DNA from: a virus
Lineage: Duplodnaviria > Heunggongvirae > Uroviricota > Caudoviricetes > Straboviridae
DNA: 64,000 bases
Reading direction: 5' to 3' (one strand)
IMG/VR virus record: IMGVR_UViG_2974656882_000001
Coordinates: 1 to 64,000 of that record
Position numbers and translations under genes: made by a program. The notes beneath the pieces were generated by a model. That model ran no database searches, was not told the DNA's origin, and saw only the letters and a program-made list of their open reading frames with translations. Shown here in pieces: positions 54,518 to 64,000 of this stretch. Position 1 is the stretch's first letter. Each line of letters begins with the position of its first letter.

Positions 54518-55240
54518 TTATCTAGCACGTCCTATTGCTCTAGCGGCTTGGTTACATATTGAATCAAGTCGCTTTTGGGCAATTCGAGGTCGTTCGTACC
54601 AATACATTGCCACCGACCCAGAATAGATGTTATCTAAGTTAAAGTACGGACAACTGTACATATATGCAACACCTTTGACATCTTCTGTAGTCGGCAAATA
54701 GTTAAATTCTGAATCAGATGAAAATGATTGCCCAGAAAGATGAGCTATATATTCATTTGATGTTTTGTCAACTGGATATCCACCGGTATTTTTAGGATCA
54801 ACTGAAGGAGGAATTTTGCCTTCATACACTTCTAGATCTACAAAATAATTTAAGTTTTTAGGGCGGAAAACATATACGCCAGAAAAATCTGCATTTGATG
54901 CTACATGCAGGCTTTGAAGTTGTTCCTGAATTGTTGCATTAAATCGCTTATTTCGTTCGGCTTGGAGTGCTTGTGCATAATTTTCAAACGATGCATCCAC
55001 ATATAGTTTTCCTATGGCATCACTCTTTACCCAAATCATGACCATAATAAAGACTGCAAATAATGCTGCTACTCTTGAAGCTAACACTTTGCCAGTAGCT
55101 CCATCTTTGAATAAGATGTCTAAAAGGCCAAAGATAAAATCAAATATAGGCAATATGTTTCTACGTGATTCACGATTTTCAGGTGTAAGTGTGCCATCTT
55201 CTACTTGGGTAGAGGGTTGTTGGGCTTTGTTAGTGTTCAT
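54518..55240 (-). CDS. t: holin T
   Basis: ILPIFDFIFGLLDILFKDGATGKVLASRVAAL...FRPKNLNYFVDLEVYEGK...GGYPVDKT.NEYIAHL...AYMYSCPYFNLDNIYSGSVAMYWY...RLDSICNQAARAIGRA is colinear with the T4 t product. Confidence 0.88.
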   Translation of the reverse strand: MNTNKAQQPSTQVEDGTLTPENRESRRNILPIFDFIFGLLDILFKDGATGKVLASRVAALFAVFIMVMIWVKSDAIGKLYVDASFENYAQALQAERNKRFNATIQEQLQSLHVASNADFSGVYVFRPKNLNYFVDLEVYEGKIPPSVDPKNTGGYPVDKTSNEYIAHLSGQSFSSDSEFNYLPTTEDVKGVAYMYSCPYFNLDNIYSGSVAMYWYERPRIAQKRLDSICNQAARAIGRAR

Positions 55241-55267
55241 GGTTATAGGTTTAGGTTTTAATAGGAA

Positions 55268-55279
55268 TATTTATAAATA
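55268..55279. promoter_or_regulatory. palindromic late-promoter element TATTTATAAATA giving TATAAATA on both strands: late promoter for t (-) and for ORF 55303 (+)
   Basis: T4 late promoter consensus TATAAATA; the 12-mer is its own reverse complement and sits ~25 nt upstream of each divergent start. Confidence 0.65.
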
Positions 55280-55302
55280 ATTCCGATTTAAAGGAGAAAT
55301 CA

Positions 55303-55818
55303 ATGAAATTTGAAGATGTTAAAGTAGGCCAAGTTGTTAAATGGGGCGACAACTATAAAGGCCAGGACTACACATGTGTCGTAGCGTTTAAAAATATAAC
55401 TACTGGCAAAGTGTTGATATATAGAATTTTAGATGATCGCAATATGTACCCACAATATAGATATTTTGGATTTCCTATAGAAGTTGCAGCATCCGAATTA
55501 ATGCCAAGAGAATCTTGGCAACCGAGTAGGCCTTTAGATGCTTTCAAATTCATAGTAAATAATAAAGATGAAAAGGCAACATATGAATCATTAGGATTCA
55601 TATTTGACAATTGGCATCTTGAGCCTGCACCAACAAGTTTCCCGTTTTACTATAGCCAAAATGCAAACTCGGGCAAACACTTATACACAAAGGAAGAGTA
55701 CGATGATATACTTTTGCCACAATACAAACTTGAAAATTCACAAATGGTGCTAGACGATAATTACACCGTAATAAAATATGGAGCGTCATTATTAAAAATG
55801 ATAGATGTAGAAAAATAA
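55303..55818 (+). CDS. hypothetical late protein (171 aa)
   Basis: SD AAGGAGAAA; late promoter upstream; between t and the tail-fibre operon but on the opposite strand (so not a gp38 equivalent). Confidence 0.45.
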   Translation: MKFEDVKVGQVVKWGDNYKGQDYTCVVAFKNITTGKVLIYRILDDRNMYPQYRYFGFPIEVAASELMPRESWQPSRPLDAFKFIVNNKDEKATYESLGFIFDNWHLEPAPTSFPFYYSQNANSGKHLYTKEEYDDILLPQYKLENSQMVLDDNYTVIKYGASLLKMIDVEK

Positions 55819-55844
55819 AAATGGGAGCCATATGGCTCCCATTT
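55817..55844. terminator. bidirectional rho-independent terminator aaaatgggagcc-atat-ggctcccatttt between convergent ORF 55303 (+) and the tail-fibre operon (-)
   Basis: symmetric A-tract / stem / T-tract. Confidence 0.8.
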
Positions 55845-55854
55845 TGCTGTTTAA

Positions 55855-58800
55855 TTATACCAAATCCCAAATTTGGATTGTTACCATCGCAGAGTCAAGT
55901 GGTGTATCTGGTTGGTCTGTGTCACATGTAGTAAAGTTAAACTGAGACGGGGACGCCATCATACCTGATGTAACAACTGGTTGCCCGTCGCTCATCCAAG
56001 AGAATGCAGTATTGTTATTGTCAAAATACGTGCGTTGCGATGAACCGCTTAAGGTAAATGTAGGCTCGGTTGGTGTGGTGTCTAATTTTAGTAAATAAGA
56101 CGTTCTGCCTCCATCCGTATTTGTTTTTAGCACGGTTGATACAGTACCTTCAAATAAACAGCCATATGCAGAATATGTAACGCCAATCCATTTCAAAGTC
56201 ACAGTCCCAGTGCCGGTAAGCCCATGATTAGGAACATTTAATGTTGCATCAATTGAGCTATCATTTTGTGCAATAGCCGTAATAGTACCGCTAAATATAG
56301 GCTGTGTCGATCCAAATACAAAATGCATTATACTTCCTAGCTTTATTGTATTACGTAAAGACCTTGTTTCTCCATATGATGCAACAAATCGTACAGTGTT
56401 AGCATTAATTACAACAACTTGACAATCTCTATAATTGAACGTTGAGCCTCTCCATGCTGCAACAAGTTTAGCAGTCTTTTGTGCAGTAACTTCAATAGTT
56501 TTAGCTTTATCTGCATTTGTTGCATTATCGGCTTGTGCGGCTGCAGGAACTTTGCCTGTAACTTTTGAACCATCGACGTTAGATGCAGTCAATGTAACGT
56601 TTTGTTGTCCGTCAAATGATACTGCATTTGTTGTGATGCCACCAGTAATTTGGAAAGATCGCGGTGTTTTCAACCGTACTGCATAGGCAGATGCACCAGT
56701 TTCAGCAACATTAACATTTTGAACAAATGCTGTAGTGGCAATTGTTGTGTTGTTGGTTGCAGTAGCCTGTGTAGCAACGCTTAAAGGAATATTAACATTA
56801 CCTGATCCATCAAAACTCACAGAACCTGATGCACCAGAACCAGTGATACCAATTGCTCGAGCAGTTTGTAGTGTAGTTGCAGTAGATGCATTACCATTGA
56901 GCGAACCAGTAAGTGTTCCGCTAATAGTACCGTTGAATGTACCGGTGAATGTACCGCTGAATCCACCCGCAGACTGCACTACGCCAGCAGTTGTAACCCA
57001 GAGCAAATCTGTAAATGTATTAGAAGGATCTACAGATGTCGCGTTAGAGCGTTTAACTACGAATCCTGTGTTAGAACCGACTCCGACAAATCCAGCACCA
57101 CCAGCCTTTTTAACTAATGCAAGATCGTTGTTGTTGCCAACGTTGATCATTGTATTGTCGCTTAATGTTTGGATACTCCCATTAGTAGACAATACACCAG
57201 CAGTAGAAATAGATGCAACGTTTGCGTTGTTGTCACTTCGTTGGAAAATCCATCCACGTTTTTCAACACCAGTAGTGGCACAAGTTAAATATACTGCCCA
57301 TGACGCATTGTCTAGATCACCATGTTTACCAGTTCCTGCATTACCGGTACCAGCGAAAGTAATGCCGTAATTTGGTTTACCAGATTGAGCACCAGCATAT
57401 AAACTTAAACCCGCTAAAACTGTATTAGAAGTATTAGAAATGCCAAGACCAGTACTAGCAGAAATTAGGCCACCATCAACCCTTCCATTAAATGCATGAG
57501 AAGCTGCAATATATGACAACGCTCCATTTCCTATAGCAGTAGTTCCGCCAGAAGACATAATTCTTGCATCATAATCTATATTACTAGCGCCTGAATGGAA
57601 ATCAATATACACTTGAGATGCAGTACCAATTGTACCTAATTCTGTTTGATTACCTAAATGTGTAGCACCACTATTTCGTAAAGTAGATGTATAAACTACA
57701 CCACTTGAATCCATACGTAGAACCGGAGTCGGTCCATATTTGATGATGTATTCTGCAATAGAATCCGTGTCATTCAACCGATGAAGCCATGTGCCACCAG
57801 TGTGAGTAGGAGGTATCATGCTTAGTTTTGTGTATTCTGTATTTTTTGCAGGTGTCGCTACAGAATTTTTAAACGTAATTGCGCCAAACACTTCAGGGTC
57901 GAGTGAATCTAATGTGTTGTACACATATGCGTCGACTGCACCATCTGGTTTAGCTCCTACTGCGGCAGATTGAAAATCCTGCACCCAAGAGGTTTGGTAG
58001 CCCGTAGTAACAACCAATGAAGCGTATAAGTACCCAGAAGTATGTACATATATGTCGTAATCGTTAGATGTGCCGACTTTGACAAAACATGCACTAGGGC
58101 CAGCATTAGGTAGCCATCCGCCATTAGATAACAAGTTATTTTTCTGTTCTATATTAACAGTCATGGTGATAGTAGCTGGGTTGCTATTACCTGACTTAAG
58201 TGTAATAATAGTTGTTCCGGCTTGTTGTGGGTTGTATGCATTAAACCCGGTGCCACCAATGATTTTTAATGACATCGTGCGTCCAGACTGCCCTAACGTT
58301 GCACGTCCTAGTTTTCTCCATCCGCTAGTACCATCACTTGCAAGCATGCTAGAAGATGCATCAATATTTCTTGAAAAATCAGCAATACCGTCAAGATAAA
58401 CCGGTCCATTTGTATTAGAAATTGTTCGTCCTAATTTGAATAAAAATGCTTCAGTCGATGCGCTATCTAAAGATCCTGTAGCTATGTACATTCCAGAATC
58501 AGCCCAATTTGGTCCTGGGCGATATACGCCGATAGATGTAACTGTTCTGTATCCTGAAGACGATTGTACATTACCTCCAAGGAAAGGCACAAAGCCATAT
58601 GTTGTAGCAACATTGGTGTCGTTTACTTTAAATGGGATATTGTTACCTGTACCTATAGTAGCCAAAGTGGCGTATGCTGTACCGTCTCCAGACACTAAAC
58701 CATCTTTAGAAAAAATCCCGAATGCACGTGTCGCTACGCCGTATTGATTATTTACTTCTAAATTTCTTACTCGTATTCCACCTGCGTTTGAATTATTTAC

Positions 58801-59997
58801 TGAAGGCCCTAAAAAGCTAATCGGTACGGTGACATCATTACTAATGCTAGGAGTAGTAATACCTTGAGTAACGACTAAACGTCCTGAAATGGTATCTCCA
58901 CTTCTATTAACTTTAGTGTCTTGAAGGGCTTTGCCTTGAGCAGCAGTTAACGCTTCTGTGACAGATGTAGAAGTTAATGTATTGTTTAATTTAACTAAAC
59001 CAGCTTGGCCTGTAGTTGCAGAATTAATTGTTAATGCAGTAGAAACATTTGCCGTGCCATCAAATGCTAAAGAGCCTGTAGCATCACCGGTAAAAGTGAA
59101 TGTACGTTTTGTGCGCAAAGACTCTGTCATGTTAACACCTTCAAGAGGCAGTGCAACTTGAACACTGTACGGAGTCAATGAATCTTCGATAGTGAGATAA
59201 ATCGGATCTGCGGGATTGCTATAAAGAGTAGTGTTATTTGCGGTTAAATAAATTTTTTCAATCGATATATTGTAATATGTCCAAGATGATGTAGGGATGC
59301 TAGCATCTCCGCTTGTACCGCCTAAAATTATTACATTGTGGTCTGCCGCTTGCCCGTATCTCACGTGTTCAAATGGCGCCTTTGATCCAGTAGACACAGC
59401 TTGATACGAGTGCCAAGTTGGCCCAGAATAATTATATCCTGTAAGGTTCACACTCCATGGTCCTTGAGAAGAGAGGCCAGAAGAATAGTCAAAACCTTGA
59501 ATAATAATTTTCATCATTGTTGATGCATTACGAGCAGCCTTAGGTAAATGGATAATAAGTGCACCATTTGCTGTGCCAGCGGCTCGGATAGTAGCAACAT
59601 CACGAATAATACGAGAATCTCCTGATGTTGTCAACACATTTTCTTTATAAAGTTTAGTTGAATCTTCAATAGTAATATCTCGTGTACCATCAAAAACCAC
59701 ATCATTAATTTTTCTTCCCGTAAGGAGTCTTGACGCAGTTGCAGCATTACCATTTAGGGCGCCATTGAATTGCGCAGCTGTGACTGCATTACCGCCTGTA
59801 ACATTGATGGGGCCTGTTACAGTACCGCCTTTACCAAAGCCAAGTTCTACTACATTTGCACCATTCTTTGAAAATATTGTACGATCAACTAAGTTTACCG
59901 CTATTTCGCCTTCATCCAATAAAGACGCTGCAGGCACTGCACCGGCAGTGCTCGATCTTAGATGTTTAATTCTGTTAATATTTGGATCTAATGCCAT
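55855..59997 (-). CDS. 37: long-tail-fibre distal subunit (gp37-type), 1380 aa
   Basis: operon order 34-35-36-37 on the - strand; Gly/Thr/Ser-rich beta-fibre repeats; no separate gp38 adhesin gene follows. Confidence 0.8.
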   Translation of the reverse strand: MALDPNINRIKHLRSSTAGAVPAASLLDEGEIAVNLVDRTIFSKNGANVVELGFGKGGTVTGPINVTGGNAVTAAQFNGALNGNAATASRLLTGRKINDVVFDGTRDITIEDSTKLYKENVLTTSGDSRIIRDVATIRAAGTANGALIIHLPKAARNASTMMKIIIQGFDYSSGLSSQGPWSVNLTGYNYSGPTWHSYQAVSTGSKAPFEHVRYGQAADHNVIILGGTSGDASIPTSSWTYYNISIEKIYLTANNTTLYSNPADPIYLTIEDSLTPYSVQVALPLEGVNMTESLRTKRTFTFTGDATGSLAFDGTANVSTALTINSATTGQAGLVKLNNTLTSTSVTEALTAAQGKALQDTKVNRSGDTISGRLVVTQGITTPSISNDVTVPISFLGPSVNNSNAGGIRVRNLEVNNQYGVATRAFGIFSKDGLVSGDGTAYATLATIGTGNNIPFKVNDTNVATTYGFVPFLGGNVQSSSGYRTVTSIGVYRPGPNWADSGMYIATGSLDSASTEAFLFKLGRTISNTNGPVYLDGIADFSRNIDASSSMLASDGTSGWRKLGRATLGQSGRTMSLKIIGGTGFNAYNPQQAGTTIITLKSGNSNPATITMTVNIEQKNNLLSNGGWLPNAGPSACFVKVGTSNDYDIYVHTSGYLYASLVVTTGYQTSWVQDFQSAAVGAKPDGAVDAYVYNTLDSLDPEVFGAITFKNSVATPAKNTEYTKLSMIPPTHTGGTWLHRLNDTDSIAEYIIKYGPTPVLRMDSSGVVYTSTLRNSGATHLGNQTELGTIGTASQVYIDFHSGASNIDYDARIMSSGGTTAIGNGALSYIAASHAFNGRVDGGLISASTGLGISNTSNTVLAGLSLYAGAQSGKPNYGITFAGTGNAGTGKHGDLDNASWAVYLTCATTGVEKRGWIFQRSDNNANVASISTAGVLSTNGSIQTLSDNTMINVGNNNDLALVKKAGGAGFVGVGSNTGFVVKRSNATSVDPSNTFTDLLWVTTAGVVQSAGGFSGTFTGTFNGTISGTLTGSLNGNASTATTLQTARAIGITGSGASGSVSFDGSGNVNIPLSVATQATATNNTTIATTAFVQNVNVAETGASAYAVRLKTPRSFQITGGITTNAVSFDGQQNVTLTASNVDGSKVTGKVPAAAQADNATNADKAKTIEVTAQKTAKLVAAWRGSTFNYRDCQVVVINANTVRFVASYGETRSLRNTIKLGSIMHFVFGSTQPIFSGTITAIAQNDSSIDATLNVPNHGLTGTGTVTLKWIGVTYSAYGCLFEGTVSTVLKTNTDGGRTSYLLKLDTTPTEPTFTLSGSSQRTYFDNNNTAFSWMSDGQPVVTSGMMASPSQFNFTTCDTDQPDTPLDSAMVTIQIWDLV

Positions 59998-60009
59998 CTG
60001 ATAATTTCC

Positions 60010-60714
60010 TTAAAATGTTCCGTAATCTAGAATTATACCTCGCTGAACCACTTGTCCTAATTGAGGCACTTGTGCCGGCGCAGTAGCAACATTTTGCGAT
60101 ATAATGTTTGGTGCAGTCAATACACCTGTCATTGTATCCCCAGATCGTAAAACTCTATTATTTGCGTTATTTGTAACGGTATTTATTAAATTGTCAACGT
60201 AGTCTTTGCGTGTAGCATGTGACGCTATAGTAGGATTTAAGTCAATGTTAACCGCGTTGAATGTACCTGTACCATCAGTGTTAATAGACGCCACGTTCCT
60301 TGACTGTGTTCTAAAAATCCATCCGCCATTAGCAGCAACATTATAAACGGCCCAGTTACCAACAACAGAACCATGACGCCCTAATGATGCGTCTAGCGTA
60401 CTACCAACAAAAAAACCATATGTTGGCATAGCGCCATTTGCAATGCCGCCATAGAGATTAATAGACGTCAAGTTACCAGTTGTGCCGCCACCTGCACGCA
60501 AAACAATATTCTGGTTAAATACAACTTGTGCGTTATATGTGCCGCCTTGCGCCTTAGAAACAAAGTCATTGTCAATAGCTTGTGGTTTGTCATTTTCTGA
60601 ATATACTTTGTATGTTTTATATAGAAGTGTATCACCTGTTGGATACAGCGGGAAATTTCCCTGGGTCCAAACGAGTGTTCCACCAATCGTTGTACCTGCT
60701 TTTAAATCTGCCAT
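60010..60714 (-). CDS. 36: long-tail-fibre small distal subunit (knee)
   Basis: MADLKAGTTIGG...WTQGNFPLYPTGDTLLYKTYKVYSE.DKPQAIDNDFVSKAQGGTY...TRKDYVD..INTVT.NANNRVLRSGDTMTG.LTAPN is colinear with T4 gp36. Confidence 0.88.
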   Translation of the reverse strand: MADLKAGTTIGGTLVWTQGNFPLYPTGDTLLYKTYKVYSENDKPQAIDNDFVSKAQGGTYNAQVVFNQNIVLRAGGGTTGNLTSINLYGGIANGAMPTYGFFVGSTLDASLGRHGSVVGNWAVYNVAANGGWIFRTQSRNVASINTDGTGTFNAVNIDLNPTIASHATRKDYVDNLINTVTNNANNRVLRSGDTMTGVLTAPNIISQNVATAPAQVPQLGQVVQRGIILDYGTF

Positions 60715-60733
60715 AGTATGTCCTCTTATTTTA

Positions 60734-60741
60734 ATATTTAT
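60734..60741 (-). promoter_or_regulatory. late promoter TATAAATA (on the - strand) upstream of gene 36, preceded by terminator aaaaggccc-taaa-gggcctttt (60746-60768)
   Basis: - strand reads gcgTATAAATAttaaaataagaggacatactATG. Confidence 0.65.
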
Positions 60742-60769
60742 ACGCTAAAAGGCCCTAAAGGGCCTTTTA

Positions 60770-61903
60770 TTATGGTGCAGGCGGTGGCCCACTAGAATCT
60801 CCTTCATATATTCCTACTACTGGCACTATATTTGTGAGAGCGCTTACTCTAATATCCATATCCATTAATCGTACGCCAGTTTGTTTTTCAACAAATTCAC
60901 CGGCTTTAATACCATTAACACCAATCATAGCGTTAGTACTTTGTTTGCTTCCATCTCGTGTAACCTCAGAAAGTACTACATTTCTGACCATAGATGTACC
61001 AGATAGAGTATCATTTCTAGGATACCTTGAAACAACAATAGTGAAGCCGTCTGCACCGGCAGGAACAGTTGAATACACTGTTTTGTTGGCCCAATTTACA
61101 CTCGAAGATTCTATTGACGCAGAAGCATCAAGCAACGTAGAACCCTTTAACCATCGTATGTCCATACGAGTTTTCATGCCAGCTGATTGCATCTGTGATG
61201 AATGAACTAAGTCAGCCTGTAATATAACTACTGAGCCTACTTTCAGTCCATAATCAGAAAGCTTATTGTATGTATTAGCAGTAGGGAACCTTTTGTATTC
61301 ATACCCAGTTGTTGCGGCATATGTCTGCTGATCATACACTATACGTGTAGGAAATCCAAGAGCTCCAATATCTGCAAATGTATCGTAAACCGTGGTATAA
61401 TTTGCATAGCCTTTGTCGATCCCATCAGTCGAGATCATAACTTCGCCTACGATTTTCTTTAAGGATGGACTATAAAAGCCTACATATCCGGCGGAATAGT
61501 TGTTGCAAAGAAATTGCCCAGGCCAATTAACTGAGCCTGCAGCAGAAAACCAAGCATCAATCGCAGGTGACGATCTTAAATTTCTACCAGAAAATATTAC
61601 GATAATCTTATGAGTTGTAGCGTTCATATATTGTATGAACGTATTGTTAAGTGTGGAGTCCGTAGTTGTCAACTCAAACGCTTTAACTTCGCCTGTGTCT
61701 TCAGGATTATTCATACCACGAAGATTTAATCCATTCGAAGTAGCCCCTTCAATATTTTTCCCGTTACGTTTAAGATATGGTGCACCAGAATAATTAGTAG
61801 CGCCGCCAACTTCAAATTTATATGTGACCGCATCCGCTTCAGAAAAGACGTCAGATTCTACTGCGTCTTTTCTGAATGCTGCCATAAAGGTAGCAGTTGC
61901 CAT
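60770..61903 (-). CDS. 35: long-tail-fibre hinge connector (gp35-type), 377 aa
   Basis: position and size between 34 and 36; SD AAGGAGA. Confidence 0.65.
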   Translation of the reverse strand: MATATFMAAFRKDAVESDVFSEADAVTYKFEVGGATNYSGAPYLKRNGKNIEGATSNGLNLRGMNNPEDTGEVKAFELTTTDSTLNNTFIQYMNATTHKIIVIFSGRNLRSSPAIDAWFSAAGSVNWPGQFLCNNYSAGYVGFYSPSLKKIVGEVMISTDGIDKGYANYTTVYDTFADIGALGFPTRIVYDQQTYAATTGYEYKRFPTANTYNKLSDYGLKVGSVVILQADLVHSSQMQSAGMKTRMDIRWLKGSTLLDASASIESSSVNWANKTVYSTVPAGADGFTIVVSRYPRNDTLSGTSMVRNVVLSEVTRDGSKQSTNAMIGVNGIKAGEFVEKQTGVRLMDMDIRVSALTNIVPVVGIYEGDSSGPPPAP

Positions 61904-61912
61904 ATTATCTCC

Positions 61913-64000
61913 TTATTCTATCCAATCAAAGCGAACAGTTTTTGTCTCTGGATTCGCATAGATTCTTAAATTGCCAATTTGTATCCAATCTCTGATGCGC
62001 ATAGAATCAAAGACTGAACCATTGTTACTCATAGCACCAATATCTTGTGGTAACGGCGGATGATTGTTTGTAAACATTCTACCCCAGCCATCCCAGCGAT
62101 TTGTTGCAGGATTCCATTGACGGGACCACATAGTTCCTGCAATATGTCCAGGAAGATTTGCTTTATCTGCTGGCGGACGTGGCGCCCAAATTTGATATGT
62201 ACCTGAGCCATTAGACGCAGATGATCCAAATTGAGACAACGTACCAGGTCCGTTGAATTCATCATACTTATCATACCATGGTAGTGTAGCACCAGTTTCT
62301 TCATTTTTGGCATAGACACCTACAAGATACGGGCGCATAGTATTATAAATTGCAGGATCAGTAATATCGATTGTCCATGTACCAAAGTTGTTAGAATTAG
62401 GTACAGCATTAGGCGTAGCCAAAGACTGTGGAATTGTAGCAGTAATAGGCTGGCTGACGTTTAATCTACCAGTCATAGTGTCACCAGACTTCTTGACATA
62501 TAATGGATCTAAAATCCCTGCACGATTTTTTGTTGTCATTACAGTATATACTGTGCCTGAATCCAAAGCTCGGATAAATGCAGCATCAGTTGCAATCAAG
62601 TCTAGACCGCGTGTAGTAGTACCTACTTTAGTTTGTCCTGAGACTGCCGTCAACGCATCAAATCCAGCAATTCGGAATCCGACAGAGTCTGTACTTACGA
62701 TACCTGAAACATTTAGTGTGTTGTTTATTGTCGTCGCACCAACTACATTTAAAGTATTGTTGAATTTAATTGCACCAGAATGATGAATTTCATATGCAAC
62801 AATATCGATAGGAGCAGATTGAGCGGTAAGGTACTTATAGCCAAATTTAAGTGTAGATGACCCAACGCCATTAATGTTACCATCATGTATCGCAAATGTC
62901 CAAGCTCGAGGAGCTACAGCACCAGAGACCATACGCAGCTTGCCATTGTCTGTGTTAAGTGATTCACCTGAAGTTTTGCCTACTTCTAACATTTCACGTA
63001 CGTCAACACGATCATTAAACAATGTAGGGCTAGTGAATGTTAAACTTCCTTCAACAGTCTGATTAATATCTCTACGGATGAACTGAGTAGAGTCAATTCC
63101 ATCTAATTTATCGGAATCTACAGCCTTAGCTTTCAACGGCATGTAATTCACAAGAGTTTTATTCAACTCATATGGTGAAATCGCATATCCGGTCTTAGCA
63201 TAAGTTTCAATATCTGCTGTTGATCCAACAGTATCATTTCCTACAAATGTAATCGAACCGCTAGAGATTTTTACCGGACCACGCAAAGAAGCTGAAGCCT
63301 CCCAAGACGTCTCGACTTGTATTACTTGCTTTAAGTTTACTGGACATACAGCGGTAGTGCCAGAAGTTCCAGCTATAGTCTCTGCAGTATTAGCAATTCT
63401 AATAATACCTTCTGCAGCAGTTGTAGCCTTTTTAGCATGTAACTTTTTAGGAGTAACAACAGTGTTGTCATCAGTGCCGGCATTAACTTCAGTTTGAGTA
63501 GCTAATCGTGTTGTACCACGTTGTGTTTCAGTAGGTGCAACAATATCAAATGTTGTTGTAGTCCAAAGGTTGCCGGCCTGTGTCAAACCAGATGCGGCAA
63601 CTACCGCAGTACGTGAAGGTGTAGACAAATATGCTTTAATTTTATCCGGTCCAGAGATTAGTCCTGCTGTGCCAGCATTAAACTCAGTTTGAGTTGCAAG
63701 TTTAGCAATACCAGTCAAAGCTTCTGTAGCTTTACGATCATTTAATGTTTTTGGCGTAACATATTTAAAATAATCGGTGCCGGCATTAACTTCGGTTTGA
63801 TTCGCAACCTGGGTAAAACCGATTCTACCATCTGTAGCAGTTTTTGTGTGCAATGTTTCTGGAGTAACAGCTAATGGGTACTTCGCTACTGATGCAGCAC
63901 CAGAAATAACTTCAGCAGAATTTGCTAAGTACACTGTACCTAAAGCCATTTCTGTAGAATAAAATTCTCTTAATGTTTTTGGAGTTACAATGTTCACATA
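61913..64000 (-). CDS. 34: long-tail-fibre proximal subunit, C-terminal ~695 aa only (N-terminus beyond the window end)
   Basis: first gene of the 34-37 operon order; open at the window edge; repetitive fibre-shaft sequence. Confidence 0.75.
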   Translation of the reverse strand, partial: YVNIVTPKTLREFYSTEMALGTVYLANSAEVISGAASVAKYPLAVTPETLHTKTATDGRIGFTQVANQTEVNAGTDYFKYVTPKTLNDRKATEALTGIAKLATQTEFNAGTAGLISGPDKIKAYLSTPSRTAVVAASGLTQAGNLWTTTTFDIVAPTETQRGTTRLATQTEVNAGTDDNTVVTPKKLHAKKATTAAEGIIRIANTAETIAGTSGTTAVCPVNLKQVIQVETSWEASASLRGPVKISSGSITFVGNDTVGSTADIETYAKTGYAISPYELNKTLVNYMPLKAKAVDSDKLDGIDSTQFIRRDINQTVEGSLTFTSPTLFNDRVDVREMLEVGKTSGESLNTDNGKLRMVSGAVAPRAWTFAIHDGNINGVGSSTLKFGYKYLTAQSAPIDIVAYEIHHSGAIKFNNTLNVVGATTINNTLNVSGIVSTDSVGFRIAGFDALTAVSGQTKVGTTTRGLDLIATDAAFIRALDSGTVYTVMTTKNRAGILDPLYVKKSGDTMTGRLNVSQPITATIPQSLATPNAVPNSNNFGTWTIDITDPAIYNTMRPYLVGVYAKNEETGATLPWYDKYDEFNGPGTLSQFGSSASNGSGTYQIWAPRPPADKANLPGHIAGTMWSRQWNPATNRWDGWGRMFTNNHPPLPQDIGAMSNNGSVFDSMRIRDWIQIGNLRIYANPETKTVRFDWIE

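Noticed and set aside
55303-55818. gp38-like tail-fibre adhesin/chaperone between t and gene 37
   Set aside because: The ORF is on the opposite strand to the fibre operon, is convergent with gene 37, and has none of the Gly-rich motifs or hypervariable-segment architecture of gp38.
1-64000. tRNA, rRNA or other structured RNA genes, group I introns, inteins
   Set aside because: No cloverleaf-compatible 70-90-nt non-coding stretches were seen. Intergenic regions are short and filled by promoters and terminators. No large gene is interrupted except the polymerase split, and that junction lies outside the window. The only candidate small RNAs are the two inverted-repeat elements, reported separately.

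Overview
This window is the early/middle-gene region of a T4-like (Tevenvirinae-type) myovirus, in reverse-complement orientation relative to the standard T4 map. Early and middle genes run left to right on the + strand in T4 order: gene 43 (only a C-terminal 43B-like part of a split DNA polymerase), a hydroxymethyl-dCMP plus sugar-modification block in place of beta-gt/uvsX/40, 41, a long hyperplastic ORF field, 61, 56, a second hyperplastic field, dda, dexA, a GH24 lysozyme, a fused 39+60 topoisomerase, Rnl2, rIIA, rIIB, a DenB-position nuclease, ndd, 52, motA and asiA. The window then switches to the - strand for late genes: holin t and the long-tail-fibre operon 37-36-35-34, where 34 is truncated by the window edge. 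DNA is AT-rich. Nearly every small early ORF has its own sigma70-type early promoter (GTTTAC-N17/18-TATAAT or TGn-extended -10) embedded in a conserved PeSL-like hairpin. There are MotA-box middle promoters, TATAAATA late promoters, UUCG-tetraloop hairpins and many rho-independent terminators. No tRNA, rRNA, CRISPR or classical transposon was seen. The most notable items are: (1) a predicted NDP-pentose (arabinose-like) synthesis plus dCMP-hydroxymethylase plus triple glycosyltransferase DNA-hypermodification module; (2) a ~90-bp inverted repeat present at the window start and again at ~36.2 kb; (3) PeSL-like mobile promoter cassettes with a shared structured 5' leader; (4) candidate host-takeover or anti-defence proteins (macro domain, PARP-like mini-ART, Pol-beta-type NTase, DprA/SLOG-like, SPFH lipoprotein, J-domain, degenerate HNH). 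All homology calls are from reading the translations against remembered T4 protein sequences and motifs, not from database searches.
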